From: an uncultured Prolixibacteraceae bacterium
Lineage (GTDB): Bacteria; Bacteroidota; Bacteroidia; Bacteroidales; Prolixibacteraceae
Length of the DNA: 64,000 nt
Assembly: GCA_964545315.1 (NCBI GenBank)
Contig: CAZJGI010000004.1
Span: 11,204 to 75,203 of the forward strand
Direction: 5' to 3'
The notes under the pieces are model-generated. The model saw only the letters and a list, made by a program, of their open reading frames with translations. It did not search any database and was not told the origin of the DNA. Shown in pieces: positions 20,606 to 30,992 of the stretch. The number at the start of each line of letters is the position of its first letter. The stretch's first letter is position 1. The position numbers were made by a program, and so were the translations under genes.

Positions 20606-22411
20606 TTAAAATGCATAACTTAATCCTCCCAGTGCATTAAAATTTTGCACAGGGTATCCTATCCAATGCTGGTATTTTTGGAATGCAAAATTGTTGAGCC
20701 GGGCAAAAACCGAAAGCTTTCCGGTAACCTGGTATGTGGCGCTGAAGTTTAGGTCAACTATCGGATCAAGATTGTATACTTCTGTTTGTAAGTTTTCCAG
20801 TTTTAACATGTCTCCTGTAGATAATGGCCTGGGATTTTCACCAGGCAGGGAATAGATTATCGCTTTCCTCTGTCCGATAAAAATCAGGTCAGTCGATATA
20901 TTGAACTGATCTGATATCCTGTAACCCAAAGACAATTTTGCATCCCAGTCGGGGAGATTCCAGGCCTCCTCAAGCGACTCCATTGTGTAAACGTAGTAAT
21001 TTCCTGACAGGAGGAGATTCATTTTTTCAAATGTTGCATGGAATATCTCAAGGTTGAATTTCAACAGGTTAAGGTTATCGTATATGAAATCAAAATCATT
21101 ATCAACAATATATGATGATGGTAAGGAATCGGCTTGTAAGTATTTAAAAAGGTGATAGAATGGTTTTTCCTTGATGATGGAGTAATCAACCGCAATTTTA
21201 AAATTAGTCTTTGAAGACAGTTTTCCGTCAAACCCTCCGTAAAACCTGAAACGTTCAAAGGTATTTTTATGTACATGCTGTTCAGGATCAATATAAGGAT
21301 TTTCATAAGCGATTTTAGAATAATTATTGGGGGCGTAATTGCCATCGATACCTGCAAAAATATTAATTATCTCTTTAACAGGAACGAAATTAACCCTTAC
21401 AACAGGAGCTAATTTTGCAAGTACATCAATACTGTGGTCTATTACGAACCATGTTTTTACCCCGGCCTGCAAATTGGCAACTTCTCCTCCCAACATAAAA
21501 GAGGGTTGGGCCGTTAACCATATTTGCCTGCTCATTCCCATGCCCATCAGGTAACGGTTAAAAATATTTTCTGTATTGATAACGGATATCCCTGCAGTCA
21601 GTAATCCGGCACCTTTGTCGTAAGGTTTTTTAATATCAGCTAAAAAAGAACCATAATGTTCTGTTTGTCCTGTTTTGGATTTGAAATAATCATATGCGAA
21701 GTCAAAATCGAAAGTGAAATCATTTTTACGTGCAGATGCATTTTCCAGGTTTATATTTAATCCACCCCTTGTAAATGTCTGCCTTTGGCCAAAATAGTTA
21801 ATCTTTTGGTCTTCTTCCCAAAGTATATCAGGTACGGGGTCTTTTGGGTAGCCGTAATAATTAAATCCGTCATGGCTGAAATCTAAATTGACAGCAAGCA
21901 CTGATTTATTAAAGAAATGTTTTATATACATCTCAGCATAATTTTCCGAAAAGGGGGCTTTCACATTATCCCCACCTTCAAGTTTCAGTTTCCCATGGGA
22001 AGAGAGATGTTTTCCGTGGAGGCCGAATATTGTATTTCTCATTTTCCGGCTATTGAAGAACAGTTCACCGTAAGGGCGGTTGTAATTTCCAACACCTGCT
22101 TTTATCAGCCCGAATCCCGTATCTTCTTTTGGCTGGGAGGCAAAGGATGCTGCTTTCAGTGTGTTTACCGAAAATGTATTAAATACCGGCTGACTGAATA
22201 TACTGTATGTAAAATCAGGTTTTTCATGTTTGACATCCTCAATTTTGGGCATTGAGCTGATTTTGTTTGCGTCTGAAATAGCAGGGTTATATGCTTTGAT
22301 CACCTCTACTTCCCTTGTCAGGGTAGTGTCTCTTTGTGCCAATAAGGATGAAGTTGAGGTTATTAAGATAACTATCAGACAATATTTGATTGAATTATAA
22401 GACATGATCAT
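20606..22411 (-). CDS. Putative outer-membrane beta-barrel protein (putative-porin-like)
   Basis: 601 aa. Signal peptide (CLIVILITSTSSLLAQ), alternating-hydrophobic beta-strand character throughout, and an aromatic C-terminal ending (LGGLSYAF) typical of OM barrels. Lies 10 nt downstream of the TPR gene. The family assignment is from memory only. Confidence 0.5.
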   Translation of the reverse strand: MIMSYNSIKYCLIVILITSTSSLLAQRDTTLTREVEVIKAYNPAISDANKISSMPKIEDVKHEKPDFTYSIFSQPVFNTFSVNTLKAASFASQPKEDTGFGLIKAGVGNYNRPYGELFFNSRKMRNTIFGLHGKHLSSHGKLKLEGGDNVKAPFSENYAEMYIKHFFNKSVLAVNLDFSHDGFNYYGYPKDPVPDILWEEDQKINYFGQRQTFTRGGLNINLENASARKNDFTFDFDFAYDYFKSKTGQTEHYGSFLADIKKPYDKGAGLLTAGISVINTENIFNRYLMGMGMSRQIWLTAQPSFMLGGEVANLQAGVKTWFVIDHSIDVLAKLAPVVRVNFVPVKEIINIFAGIDGNYAPNNYSKIAYENPYIDPEQHVHKNTFERFRFYGGFDGKLSSKTNFKIAVDYSIIKEKPFYHLFKYLQADSLPSSYIVDNDFDFIYDNLNLLKFNLEIFHATFEKMNLLLSGNYYVYTMESLEEAWNLPDWDAKLSLGYRISDQFNISTDLIFIGQRKAIIYSLPGENPRPLSTGDMLKLENLQTEVYNLDPIVDLNFSATYQVTGKLSVFARLNNFAFQKYQHWIGYPVQNFNALGGLSYAF

Positions 22412-22421
22412 CGGTATTTAA

Positions 22422-25400
22422 TTAATTAATTTTTAGCTGAAATGAACTATCTTTGGCTTTTTGCTGATCCATTTGCTCGCTGGATTCTATTTCAGCCAGT
22501 TTGCGTGCAGCCTCCTCTTTAATGCCGTCTTCGGTATTTCCGTAATTTTCCACTACGGAACGAAGTGTATGCTTTGCCTGAAACTGATCATTTCTGTCAA
22601 GGTAGATATCAGCCAGCACAAGGAATGCCTTTCCCAGCCAGTATTGAAAAGGAGTACCTTTGTTTATAAAATCCATGATTTCATCTTCAGCAGCTTTCTT
22701 TTGATTTTGTTTATACCAGATATCTGACAGGAGGAATTTTGCTTCAGCTCCCTGAGCTATTTTTGTATCAGTTGCAACTCTCTTAAGAGGTTCGATCGCA
22801 GAGGCATAATTTCCTGTGACGTACCCGGATTTTCCTGTTATGAAGTCAGCCTCCCTTAACCAGCCTTCATTGGCTACGTCCGATTTTTTGACTTTTTCTG
22901 CTGCATTAATTGCTTCGTTATATCTCTTAAGTTCAAAATTGCATCTCATTTGGCCTGTATAGGCTTTTAACAAATTCCATTTACTACCGGCCAGAGTTTC
23001 CAGCCTGTTGAACAGATCAAGCGCTTCCTGGTATTGTCCTGCATTAAAAGTAAGTTCAGAGGCCCTTGAGATTGCCTGCTCACTGAAGATATTATTAGGC
23101 TGTTTGGCCACAAATGAATAATGCTCATTGGCCATTGAATAATTTTCCTCTTTGTAATATAGTTCAGCAAGATAAAACCGGGCATTAATTATAAAACTAC
23201 CGTTAGGGAATTCATTCAGGTATCTTTGTAAACTGGCGGTTGCCTGTGTATCTCCCGACATGTATAATCTTTCTGCCGACAAAAATATTAATGAATCCTG
23301 TTCTGAGCTGGTAACTATACTGGCCCCGCCTCCCAGGTTCCGGGTGTAGGCGAAGTATCCATCCACGTTATTCATCTCCACATAACAGTTTTTTATTCCC
23401 AGAAGTGCTGTCTGTGCTTCAGGAGTTCCTGAAAAATTTTCAGCTACAATTTTGTAATTGGCAAGAGCCTGGTTATAGTCGCCGCTATTATAATTTATCA
23501 GGCCCATTTGAAGTAAAGCTTTGGGATAATATACACTTTGCTTATGTCCTGATATGATCTCCTGGTAATTTTTTGTTGCCTGAACATATTGCCCGAGCCT
23601 TTCATGTGCCCTGCCCAGTTCGAAATAAGCATCATCGGCATAGTCAGAGTCAGGAAAGCCTGAAAGCATCCTCTCAAGATTGTTTATTTTGCCCTGCTGG
23701 TTATGTTCCAGCCCCAGGCAGAAAGCTATCTGATAAAGAGAATAGTCAGGATCATAAAGATTCATGTCGAAGGCCTGTTGATAGTTCTGTCTGGCAAGAC
23801 TGTAATTTGTATTCAGAAAATAGTAGTCCCCGACACGGTTATATGCATCGGCAACCTTTTCAGTCCTCTTGCTTTTCACAGAGTTTATATAATTTCTGAA
23901 GTGGGTGCCCGCGGAGTTGTAATCTTCCAGTTTAAAGTATGCATAAGCCAGGTTATATTCAGCATCTGCATATTCAGGCAGTGAAAAGGATCCTGCAGTT
24001 TTTAAAAAGTCTGTATATGTTTCAACAGAACCTCTGTAATTGCCTGTTCTGTAATGAGCTTCAGCTTTCCAAAATAACGCCCGTGCATTCAGTTCCCTGC
24101 TGTGGCTGCCATTTTTCAGGGAGAGATCAAAATAGTCGATAGCTTCATTATAGGCCAGGTTGTTGAATAACTCCAGGCCGTGATAAAAAGTTACACGTTG
24201 ATATGCTCTTAAGATTTCTGAAGATTTAACTTCAATCTTTTCAATAGAAGCTATTGCGTCACGATAATTGCGTGTAACCATAAAAACTTCTGTTAAATAC
24301 CTGTATGCTTCAGTATTTCTTTGAGAATTCGGATAAAGCGTGATATACCGGTCAAAAGCTTTAATAGTTTCGTTAAATGGTGAATATGACAATTCGTATG
24401 TGAGTTTTGCGTAACTGAAAAGTGCATCTTCTTTTATTCTTTCATTGAAATCAAATTCAGATGCAGCATCAAATGCCACCCGGGCTTTCTCTTTTTCGTT
24501 AAGTTTTATGTAACAGTCGGCAAGATGATAATATGCATTTTGTGCCATTTCATCTTTTCCCTTGGATGCGTTCTCCAATAGTGGTACTGCCTTTTGATAT
24601 TGTTCAGTATTATAATAACAATAACCCAGAATGTAATTATCCTCCCGCGTTTTTAATGCAGGAGTATCATAATAGTATTCCAGGTAAGGTATTGCCTTCG
24701 TGTATTCGCGCAGGTGGAAGTAGGAATCTCCAACTATTTTGGATAGTTCGCACTTATGTTCCTCCTCAACATCATTGATGATATTTACTGTATAATTTAC
24801 AATTTCGTTGTATTTCTGTTGTTTGTAATATATATGGCTTACATATATTGGAATTACCTTTGAATAAACAGGATCATTATTTAATGCGGAGAATCCTTCA
24901 AGGGCCGACTGGTAATTTTCATCCAGGTACATCAGATGAGCCCAGTAATAAGTAGCAGGCTTGCTGTATATGTTGTTTTTATCTTTAATTTGGGTGAATT
25001 CAACAAGGGCCTGTTCGTTATTTTCCATCATCAAATTTGAGTAACCATTTTGATATTGCATTTTTACGCGGTCGTTCTCATTAAGTGCAGACCGGTCAAT
25101 TTTACTATAACTTTGAATAACAGAATTATAGTTCCTGTGATCAAACTGATAATCCCCAAGATTAAACCATGCCCTTTCGATATAAGGGCTTTCAGGATAT
25201 TCTTCGATAAATTTGCTTACCAGTTTATATCCTGCAGATTGTCCTGATTTCAATGCTGATATTGCCTTGTAAAAGATTGCTTCAGAATATATTTCAGATT
25301 TAGGTTCTGACTTTTTCTGTACTTTTTCAAAAAGACGGTAGGCCGAATTATATTTGCCCTGATTAAAAAGATCCCGCGCTAATTGAATTTCCTCTTCTGT

Positions 25401-25496
25401 TGTACCGAAAAAATCAGTTTTTTGAGCTGACAGATCAGATCCGGGGCTGACAATCAATGACAGAATTAATAATAATAACAGATATTTAGTTTTCAT
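22422..25496 (-). CDS. Large secreted tetratricopeptide-repeat (TPR) protein
   Basis: The track start at 25517 is TTG. ATG at 25496 gives MKTKYLLLLLILSLIVSPGSDLSAQ, a signal peptide with no lipobox Cys. There are many A..Y..A/G..Y TPR-like repeats along about 1000 aa. Confidence 0.85.
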   Translation of the reverse strand: MKTKYLLLLLILSLIVSPGSDLSAQKTDFFGTTEEEIQLARDLFNQGKYNSAYRLFEKVQKKSEPKSEIYSEAIFYKAISALKSGQSAGYKLVSKFIEEYPESPYIERAWFNLGDYQFDHRNYNSVIQSYSKIDRSALNENDRVKMQYQNGYSNLMMENNEQALVEFTQIKDKNNIYSKPATYYWAHLMYLDENYQSALEGFSALNNDPVYSKVIPIYVSHIYYKQQKYNEIVNYTVNIINDVEEEHKCELSKIVGDSYFHLREYTKAIPYLEYYYDTPALKTREDNYILGYCYYNTEQYQKAVPLLENASKGKDEMAQNAYYHLADCYIKLNEKEKARVAFDAASEFDFNERIKEDALFSYAKLTYELSYSPFNETIKAFDRYITLYPNSQRNTEAYRYLTEVFMVTRNYRDAIASIEKIEVKSSEILRAYQRVTFYHGLELFNNLAYNEAIDYFDLSLKNGSHSRELNARALFWKAEAHYRTGNYRGSVETYTDFLKTAGSFSLPEYADAEYNLAYAYFKLEDYNSAGTHFRNYINSVKSKRTEKVADAYNRVGDYYFLNTNYSLARQNYQQAFDMNLYDPDYSLYQIAFCLGLEHNQQGKINNLERMLSGFPDSDYADDAYFELGRAHERLGQYVQATKNYQEIISGHKQSVYYPKALLQMGLINYNSGDYNQALANYKIVAENFSGTPEAQTALLGIKNCYVEMNNVDGYFAYTRNLGGGASIVTSSEQDSLIFLSAERLYMSGDTQATASLQRYLNEFPNGSFIINARFYLAELYYKEENYSMANEHYSFVAKQPNNIFSEQAISRASELTFNAGQYQEALDLFNRLETLAGSKWNLLKAYTGQMRCNFELKRYNEAINAAEKVKKSDVANEGWLREADFITGKSGYVTGNYASAIEPLKRVATDTKIAQGAEAKFLLSDIWYKQNQKKAAEDEIMDFINKGTPFQYWLGKAFLVLADIYLDRNDQFQAKHTLRSVVENYGNTEDGIKEEAARKLAEIESSEQMDQQKAKDSSFQLKIN

Positions 25497-25565
25497 GTTT
25501 TTGAAGTTACTAAACAAATAACTGTGGAGTTACTATGTTTATTATTTGTAAATTAAAAAAATAAA

Positions 25566-26684
25566 TCAGATAAATGGCTTAAATATATCTTTAAGCGTGT
25601 TTTCTTCATTTTCCCATGTGAGTTCCTTACCAGCTTTTATTAGGTTCTTTTTCCATTTTTTTCTTACGGTTTCATCATATAATGCTTTATTGAAAGCTTC
25701 TGCAAGTATTTCAGGCTCTGGCGAAGAGATAACTTCTCCTACGCCGTAGTGTCTTACGATTGCTGCCATTTCGGGCAGGTTTGTTACAATAACCGGTACT
25801 CCGGCCTGAATATAATCAAAAAGTTTGTTTGGCAAAGTAAAATGGTAGTTCAGCCCCATATCTTCTTCAATTGATAATCCGACATATGCCTTAGGGGTCA
25901 GTTTTGCCAGTTCTTCAATCGACAGTCTGCCTTTTAATTCTGCTTTATGTTGCATATTGGCACCAGTGATGAGTTTTTCCAGTTCATTTTTAATACTGCC
26001 GTCTCCAGCAATTACCAACTTTGCACCCTCAACATATTTCATTGCCAGTATTGCCTGATGAAGCCCCCGGCCTTCATTCAGAGCTCCCTGATAAAGGATA
26101 ATTTTAGGCATTCCGGTATTGTTTGCATCTGTTTCAGGTGTCTTGTAAACATGCGAAGATATATTTCTGACAACCTTGAAATCAGTTCCATATTTATCAT
26201 TATATATCTTTGCAATTGAATTACACACTGTATATGCATACTTAATACGAGGAAGCATTAACTGTTCAAGCCATTCCCAAATGATCCTGACTGTTCCGCG
26301 TTTTATCAGCTGGGGTGATTCTGTAAAATATTCGTGACTGTCGTATACTAATGGTTTATTTTTGATTTTGGAAATTATAAAATTGGCTGTAAGAGAATCC
26401 AGGTCATTTGATAGAAGAAGATCAAATTTAGAAAAGAGGAGATAAAAAAAGAGTCTGATATTAAAACATGCATAAAACATAAATCCCTTATTAAATAATA
26501 ATTTCAGTCTTTTTGTTTTATAAATACGTGGCACTAATCCCGGGGCTTCTGTTAACAATCGACCGATAAGCAATATATCGAAACCCATCTTATACAGTGT
26601 CATACAAACTTTATGTACCCTGTTGTCCGAAACAAGGTCGCTGGTAGCAGAAACAATAATTCTCTTTTTATTTTTTGGTTTCAC
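25566..26684 (-). CDS. GT4-family (GT-B fold) glycosyltransferase
   Basis: C-terminal GT1/GT4 core (LYQGALNEGRGL..., LSIEEDMGLNYHFTLPNKLFDYIQAGVPVIV). There is no in-frame ATG before the first beta-strand (KKRIIVSATSD). Candidate starts are GTG at 26684 (MKPKNKKRIIV) or TTG at 26798 (the ORF-track maximum). The start is uncertain. Confidence 0.75.
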   Translation of the reverse strand: MKPKNKKRIIVSATSDLVSDNRVHKVCMTLYKMGFDILLIGRLLTEAPGLVPRIYKTKRLKLLFNKGFMFYACFNIRLFFYLLFSKFDLLLSNDLDSLTANFIISKIKNKPLVYDSHEYFTESPQLIKRGTVRIIWEWLEQLMLPRIKYAYTVCNSIAKIYNDKYGTDFKVVRNISSHVYKTPETDANNTGMPKIILYQGALNEGRGLHQAILAMKYVEGAKLVIAGDGSIKNELEKLITGANMQHKAELKGRLSIEELAKLTPKAYVGLSIEEDMGLNYHFTLPNKLFDYIQAGVPVIVTNLPEMAAIVRHYGVGEVISSPEPEILAEAFNKALYDETVRKKWKKNLIKAGKELTWENEENTLKDIFKPFI

Positions 26685-26853
26685 TGCGGTATTACTCTTT
26701 TTTTTGTAAAAATCGTAAAAATTTTTCAAGGACGGTAAAATGTTGTGATAAATGACAGATTGAACATCAATGATTATTATTTGTTGGATATAAGGCAAAA
26801 GCTTTTTTATCTTTTATTAATATTTGGTAATTTGCAAATGAATTTTAAAAATT

Positions 26854-27747
26854 ATGGTACATACCCATAGCCATAACGTTGCTAAAACTTCACATAACAG
26901 GGCATTTGCAGTTGGAATTTTATTGAACATAGGATTTGTTATCGTTGAGGTTATTTATGGATTTATATCCAACTCCTCTGCTTTGCTCGCCGATGCCGGC
27001 CATAATATGAGTGATGTTTTAGGGCTTGCTTTTGCCTGGACTGCCTCCTGGCTTGCAACTATTAAGCCCCGGGGCAAATATACCTACGGTTTAAGGAAGA
27101 CTACAATATTAGTGGCTTTACTTAATGCTTTCATGCTTTTTGCAGCTGTTATTGCCATAGGCTGGGATGCATTCAGGAAGCTACTGGAACCACAACCGGT
27201 TATCGGGAGTCAGGTTATTTTCGTAGCCACAACAGGAGTAATAATAAATACTATTAGTGCCTTGCTATTTCTGAAAGGTCAGAAAAATGACCTGAATATA
27301 AGAGGGGCTTTTTTGCATATGGCTGCTGATGCCGCAGTTTCACTTGGCGTTGTTGTTGCCGGAGCACTTATCATCTTTACCGGAGAGTTATGGATTGATC
27401 CGGTGATGAGTTATATAATAATAGCAGTTATTTTGTATGGTACATGGAATTTATTCTCAGATTCTGTCAATCTGGCTCTTGATGCAGTTCCAAAAAATAT
27501 AGATGTGGAAAAGGTGCGTCAGTTTATAGAAGCACAAACCGGTGTTGAGAGTCTTCATGATCTTCATATTTGGGCAATGAGTACCACCCAGACTGCACTG
27601 ACCGCACATCTTGTTATGCCGGGCGGTAATGATGATGAATTTATATCATTGATGCAGTCAGCATTGAAACAGAAGTTTAATATTGGCCATACTACCTTCC
27701 AGATAGAGAGGAGCGACCTTCAGCAAAATTGCGAGGATAACTGCTAA
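26854..27747 (+). CDS. czcD: Cation diffusion facilitator family metal (Zn/Co/Cd) efflux transporter
   Basis: 297 aa. His-rich N-terminus (HTHSHNVAKTSHN), six TM helices, SSALLADAGHNMSD and FLHMAADA motifs, and a C-terminal cytoplasmic domain with HDLHIW. Confidence 0.88.
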   Translation: MVHTHSHNVAKTSHNRAFAVGILLNIGFVIVEVIYGFISNSSALLADAGHNMSDVLGLAFAWTASWLATIKPRGKYTYGLRKTTILVALLNAFMLFAAVIAIGWDAFRKLLEPQPVIGSQVIFVATTGVIINTISALLFLKGQKNDLNIRGAFLHMAADAAVSLGVVVAGALIIFTGELWIDPVMSYIIIAVILYGTWNLFSDSVNLALDAVPKNIDVEKVRQFIEAQTGVESLHDLHIWAMSTTQTALTAHLVMPGGNDDEFISLMQSALKQKFNIGHTTFQIERSDLQQNCEDNC

Positions 27748-28619
27748 TTTATCCCTGAGACAATCGCATTGCCATCTATTTTTCTGACTAATCCCTGGAG
27801 GACTTTTCCGGGGCCTATCTCTGTGAATGAGGTTGCCCCGTCAGCTATCATGTTCAAAACAGTTTGGGTCCACCTTACAGGAGATGTCAATTGAGCTGTC
27901 AGGTTTAATCTTATATCTTCGGGATTAGTAACAGCTTTGGCGGTTACATTTTGATAAACCGGACAAGCCGGTCTGTTAATTATTGTTTCTCTTATAGCAG
28001 CTTCAAGTTCTTCCCTTGCCGGTTCCATATACCGGGAGTGAAAGCCACCGCTCACAGGCAATTTTATAGCTCGCCGGGCCCCTTTATCCAGAAGAATCTT
28101 ACAAGCCCGTTCTATTCCTGTCACCGGTCCTGAAATTACAAGTTGTCCGGGACAGTTATAATTTGCAGGTATTACATTGTCATCAACTTCTTTACAGGCT
28201 TCTTCAACAATTTCATCGCTGAGCCCCACTATTGCGGCCATTGCAGAAGGTTCAGCCTCACATGCCTTTTGCATGGCTGCTGCACGTTTAAATACCAGCC
28301 TTAATCCATCTTCAAAAGAAAGCGCCCCACTTGCCGTTAAAGCAGAAAACTCCCCAAGAGAGTGGCCTGCAACCATGTCAGGATTAAATTCAGTAAGTGT
28401 TTTGGCAAGGATTACCGAATGTAGAAAAATAGCAGGCTGGGTGACTCTTGTCTGTTTAAGGTCTTCATCTGACCCTTCAAACATAATCTGTGTAATGTTG
28501 AAACCCAGTATTTCATTTGCTTTTTCAAACATAGCTCTCGCTATCGATGAATTTTCAAACAGATCTTTGCCCATTCCTGTATGCTGGGCCCCTTGTCCGG
28601 GGAAAATGTATGCTTGCAT
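27744..28619 (-). CDS. fabD: Malonyl-CoA:ACP transacylase
   Basis: The internal ATG at 28619 gives MQAYIFPGQGAQHTGMGKDL. Active site is GHSLGEFSAL. The longer track ORF (to 28697) would overlap the upstream kinase gene. Confidence 0.93.
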   Translation of the reverse strand: MQAYIFPGQGAQHTGMGKDLFENSSIARAMFEKANEILGFNITQIMFEGSDEDLKQTRVTQPAIFLHSVILAKTLTEFNPDMVAGHSLGEFSALTASGALSFEDGLRLVFKRAAAMQKACEAEPSAMAAIVGLSDEIVEEACKEVDDNVIPANYNCPGQLVISGPVTGIERACKILLDKGARRAIKLPVSGGFHSRYMEPAREELEAAIRETIINRPACPVYQNVTAKAVTNPEDIRLNLTAQLTSPVRWTQTVLNMIADGATSFTEIGPGKVLQGLVRKIDGNAIVSGIN

Positions 28620-28635
28620 AGTATCAATATTAATT

Positions 28636-30432
28636 TTAAATGACAGGAAGTTCAAACCAGAATTTAGCCCCTTTGCCCGGATTGCCTGTACTTTCAACCC
28701 CGACCCTTCCTCCCAGTTTGTCTATAATACGTTTTACAATTGACAGCCCAAGCCCGTAACCATGGGCTTTTTCAGGGGCAAGACGGGCATATTTTTTAAA
28801 AAGCTTTGTTTGTTCTTGTTTTGTAATACCATTGCCATTGTCTTTTATCCAGAATTTAATAAAATTGTCTGTCTGCTGATCAGCTCCAACTTCAATCTGG
28901 GGAGGCGTGCCTCCGTATTTTATGGCATTACTGATATAGTTAACCCATACCTCTTCAACCCAGGGGGCATGTCCCAGGGCATCAGGCCAGGAATCAGGTG
29001 TTTTGATCTGAACATTATATTCCCTGATCATTACAGCCAGTTGATTTACTGCTTCTTTAAAAATGTTTGCCATGATCAGTGGTTTCGTTTCAATTCTTTC
29101 ATTTCTAACCGTTGCAAGAATGAGCAATTCTTCTGTTATGTGCATTGCTTTTTGAGCAGCATTTTTAATCAGGTCCGACAGTTCCGTTAAAAATCCACTA
29201 TCACTGATTTCAGAGATATGTTCTTTTATGACCTCACTCGAAGAGTATATAGACCCAAGTGAATTTCTCAGGTCATGCGCAATAGTATGTGCAAAAGCAT
29301 CCAGATCATCAATTAATTTGCCACGCTGCTCTATCTCCTCAAGCAGATTCCTGTTGGTATCCTTCAACTTTTCTTCTCCTAATTTAAGTGAGGTGATGTT
29401 ATGAATTTGTATCAGGTGTCCTGAAAGAATATTTTTTTGGTTCAGCAGGGGAGAAACCAGAACCTGATAAAAATTTCTTTCTCCGTTATTCTTTAATTCC
29501 AGATTAAATTGTTTGTTATCATTCCCCTTTGCTGAATTAATTAATTCCGGATATTGTGAGAAAACTTCGTTGAATTGTTTTTGTACTATTGATTTTATAT
29601 TCAGGTTAAAGATATCTGATAAAGACGGATTATGATCTTCTATAAGTCCTTTCGAATTTATTACCAATACCCCGTCATCCATTGTATCAATAAGTTTGTT
29701 CCTGGCATAAGGTATAAGCTCAAACATTCCGAAACTTAATGTGCCAATTGTAATTACTATTCCGCTGAACACAAATAAAACCGGGGTTGAATCAAAGCCT
29801 GGTAAAGGATTTATTTTGACTATATACATAAGATTACCCATAAGAGGAACTAAAGTTGCCAGAATTAATATTATTACCTGGGCTTTATATTGACTGGAAT
29901 ATCCCAAAAATGAGCGGATAAGATTAAAGAGCCCCAGACATATAAGTAAAATTGAATATAACCAAAACATACGGAACCAGAAACCGTATTCGTACAACAG
30001 CATATTTTTATCCTGATCATGAATGACAGAAGTCCAGATCAGATTGTGATGCTCATTTGTAAGAACCAGGACAATGGTGAGAAAAGGTATTATCGATAAA
30101 AGAGCCAGGTCAGGTATTTTTATTTTGTATGTCGGCTGACTGAATGCTTTAGCGAAATGGTAATAAAATACAGGAATAAAAGCTATTCCGAAATATGATA
30201 TTTTTGACCATAAAATCTTCGTTTCTGTATTCGATGAAATAAATTCCATGCCATATGTGAATGACCACACTGCTGCACTAATAATAATATATATTAAATA
30301 TTTTACTTCAGGTGCTTTTCTGTATTTGAAAATTATCCCAATAGTCGCAGCAGCAGCAATCACTGCAAAAAACTGAATGATGCTTGCTCTTGGTAAAAAA
30401 GTTAAAACAATATAGTTGAATTTTTCCATCAT
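28636..30432 (-). CDS. Sensor histidine kinase with an N-terminal 7-TM domain, a PAS-like region, HisKA and HATPase_c
   Basis: 598 aa. About 7 N-terminal TM helices, an H-box (FAHTIAHDLRNSL), an N-box (NYISNAIKYG) and G-boxes (DNGNGI, GYGLGLSIV). Confidence 0.88.
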   Translation of the reverse strand: MMEKFNYIVLTFLPRASIIQFFAVIAAAATIGIIFKYRKAPEVKYLIYIIISAAVWSFTYGMEFISSNTETKILWSKISYFGIAFIPVFYYHFAKAFSQPTYKIKIPDLALLSIIPFLTIVLVLTNEHHNLIWTSVIHDQDKNMLLYEYGFWFRMFWLYSILLICLGLFNLIRSFLGYSSQYKAQVIILILATLVPLMGNLMYIVKINPLPGFDSTPVLFVFSGIVITIGTLSFGMFELIPYARNKLIDTMDDGVLVINSKGLIEDHNPSLSDIFNLNIKSIVQKQFNEVFSQYPELINSAKGNDNKQFNLELKNNGERNFYQVLVSPLLNQKNILSGHLIQIHNITSLKLGEEKLKDTNRNLLEEIEQRGKLIDDLDAFAHTIAHDLRNSLGSIYSSSEVIKEHISEISDSGFLTELSDLIKNAAQKAMHITEELLILATVRNERIETKPLIMANIFKEAVNQLAVMIREYNVQIKTPDSWPDALGHAPWVEEVWVNYISNAIKYGGTPPQIEVGADQQTDNFIKFWIKDNGNGITKQEQTKLFKKYARLAPEKAHGYGLGLSIVKRIIDKLGGRVGVESTGNPGKGAKFWFELPVI

Positions 30433-30992
30433 GGGTTTAATGATGTGAAAATAACGTTTTTTTCGATAAAATTAAAGTAGTTTGTCATCATAAAATTTTC
30501 AAATGTTACAATTCATTTTTTACATAATAATATATAACATAGCGTTAATATTATTCATTTTTTAAAAATTAACTTTCCTTTGGATACAGACCCGGATAAT
30601 ATTAATCAAATAATTGTCAAAAGTATTTTTCATTTGATATTTATCCAAATATATTTTTGGATTTATCATAGTTTTTATAAATGAGAATTGTATTTTTTCT
30701 GAACAAATGTGACTAAGACCTTAAAATAATCTTCAAATTTTAAAAATCAGTCATGTTTTTGGAATACGGACTGCTTATTTATCTTGATTATTTTTGAAAT
30801 TTACTTTTAATATAGACATCAGTATTATACTTTTGTATATGACAGGAGCTCATACTTGTTTTAGTAATTTAAATTTTAATTACAATTGAGCTCCGAACTC
30901 GGATACAATTATCGGATGCAGATTTGATTTTGATGACGTGGGTATATGAAGTTGCTTAATTTACATTTGGAAAGAATACCGGAGGCTGTAGC

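Noticed and set aside
22461-25247. Multiple 65-108 aa plus-strand ORFs inside the TPR gene; similar shadow ORFs inside htrA, gyrB, ppdK, clpB and the ABC-F gene
   Set aside because: All are nested antisense or out-of-frame within long conserved genes and have no motifs. This is the expected background for a six-frame track.
28620-28697. N-terminal extension of fabD overlapping the histidine kinase gene by 62 nt
   Set aside because: The internal ATG at 28619 yields the canonical FabD N-terminus MQAYIFPGQGAQ and removes the overlap.
28177-28743. 188-aa ORF antisense to fabD
   Set aside because: It overlaps the well-supported fabD gene on the opposite strand. Its Ser/Ala-rich composition has no recognisable domain, so it is most likely a chance open frame.
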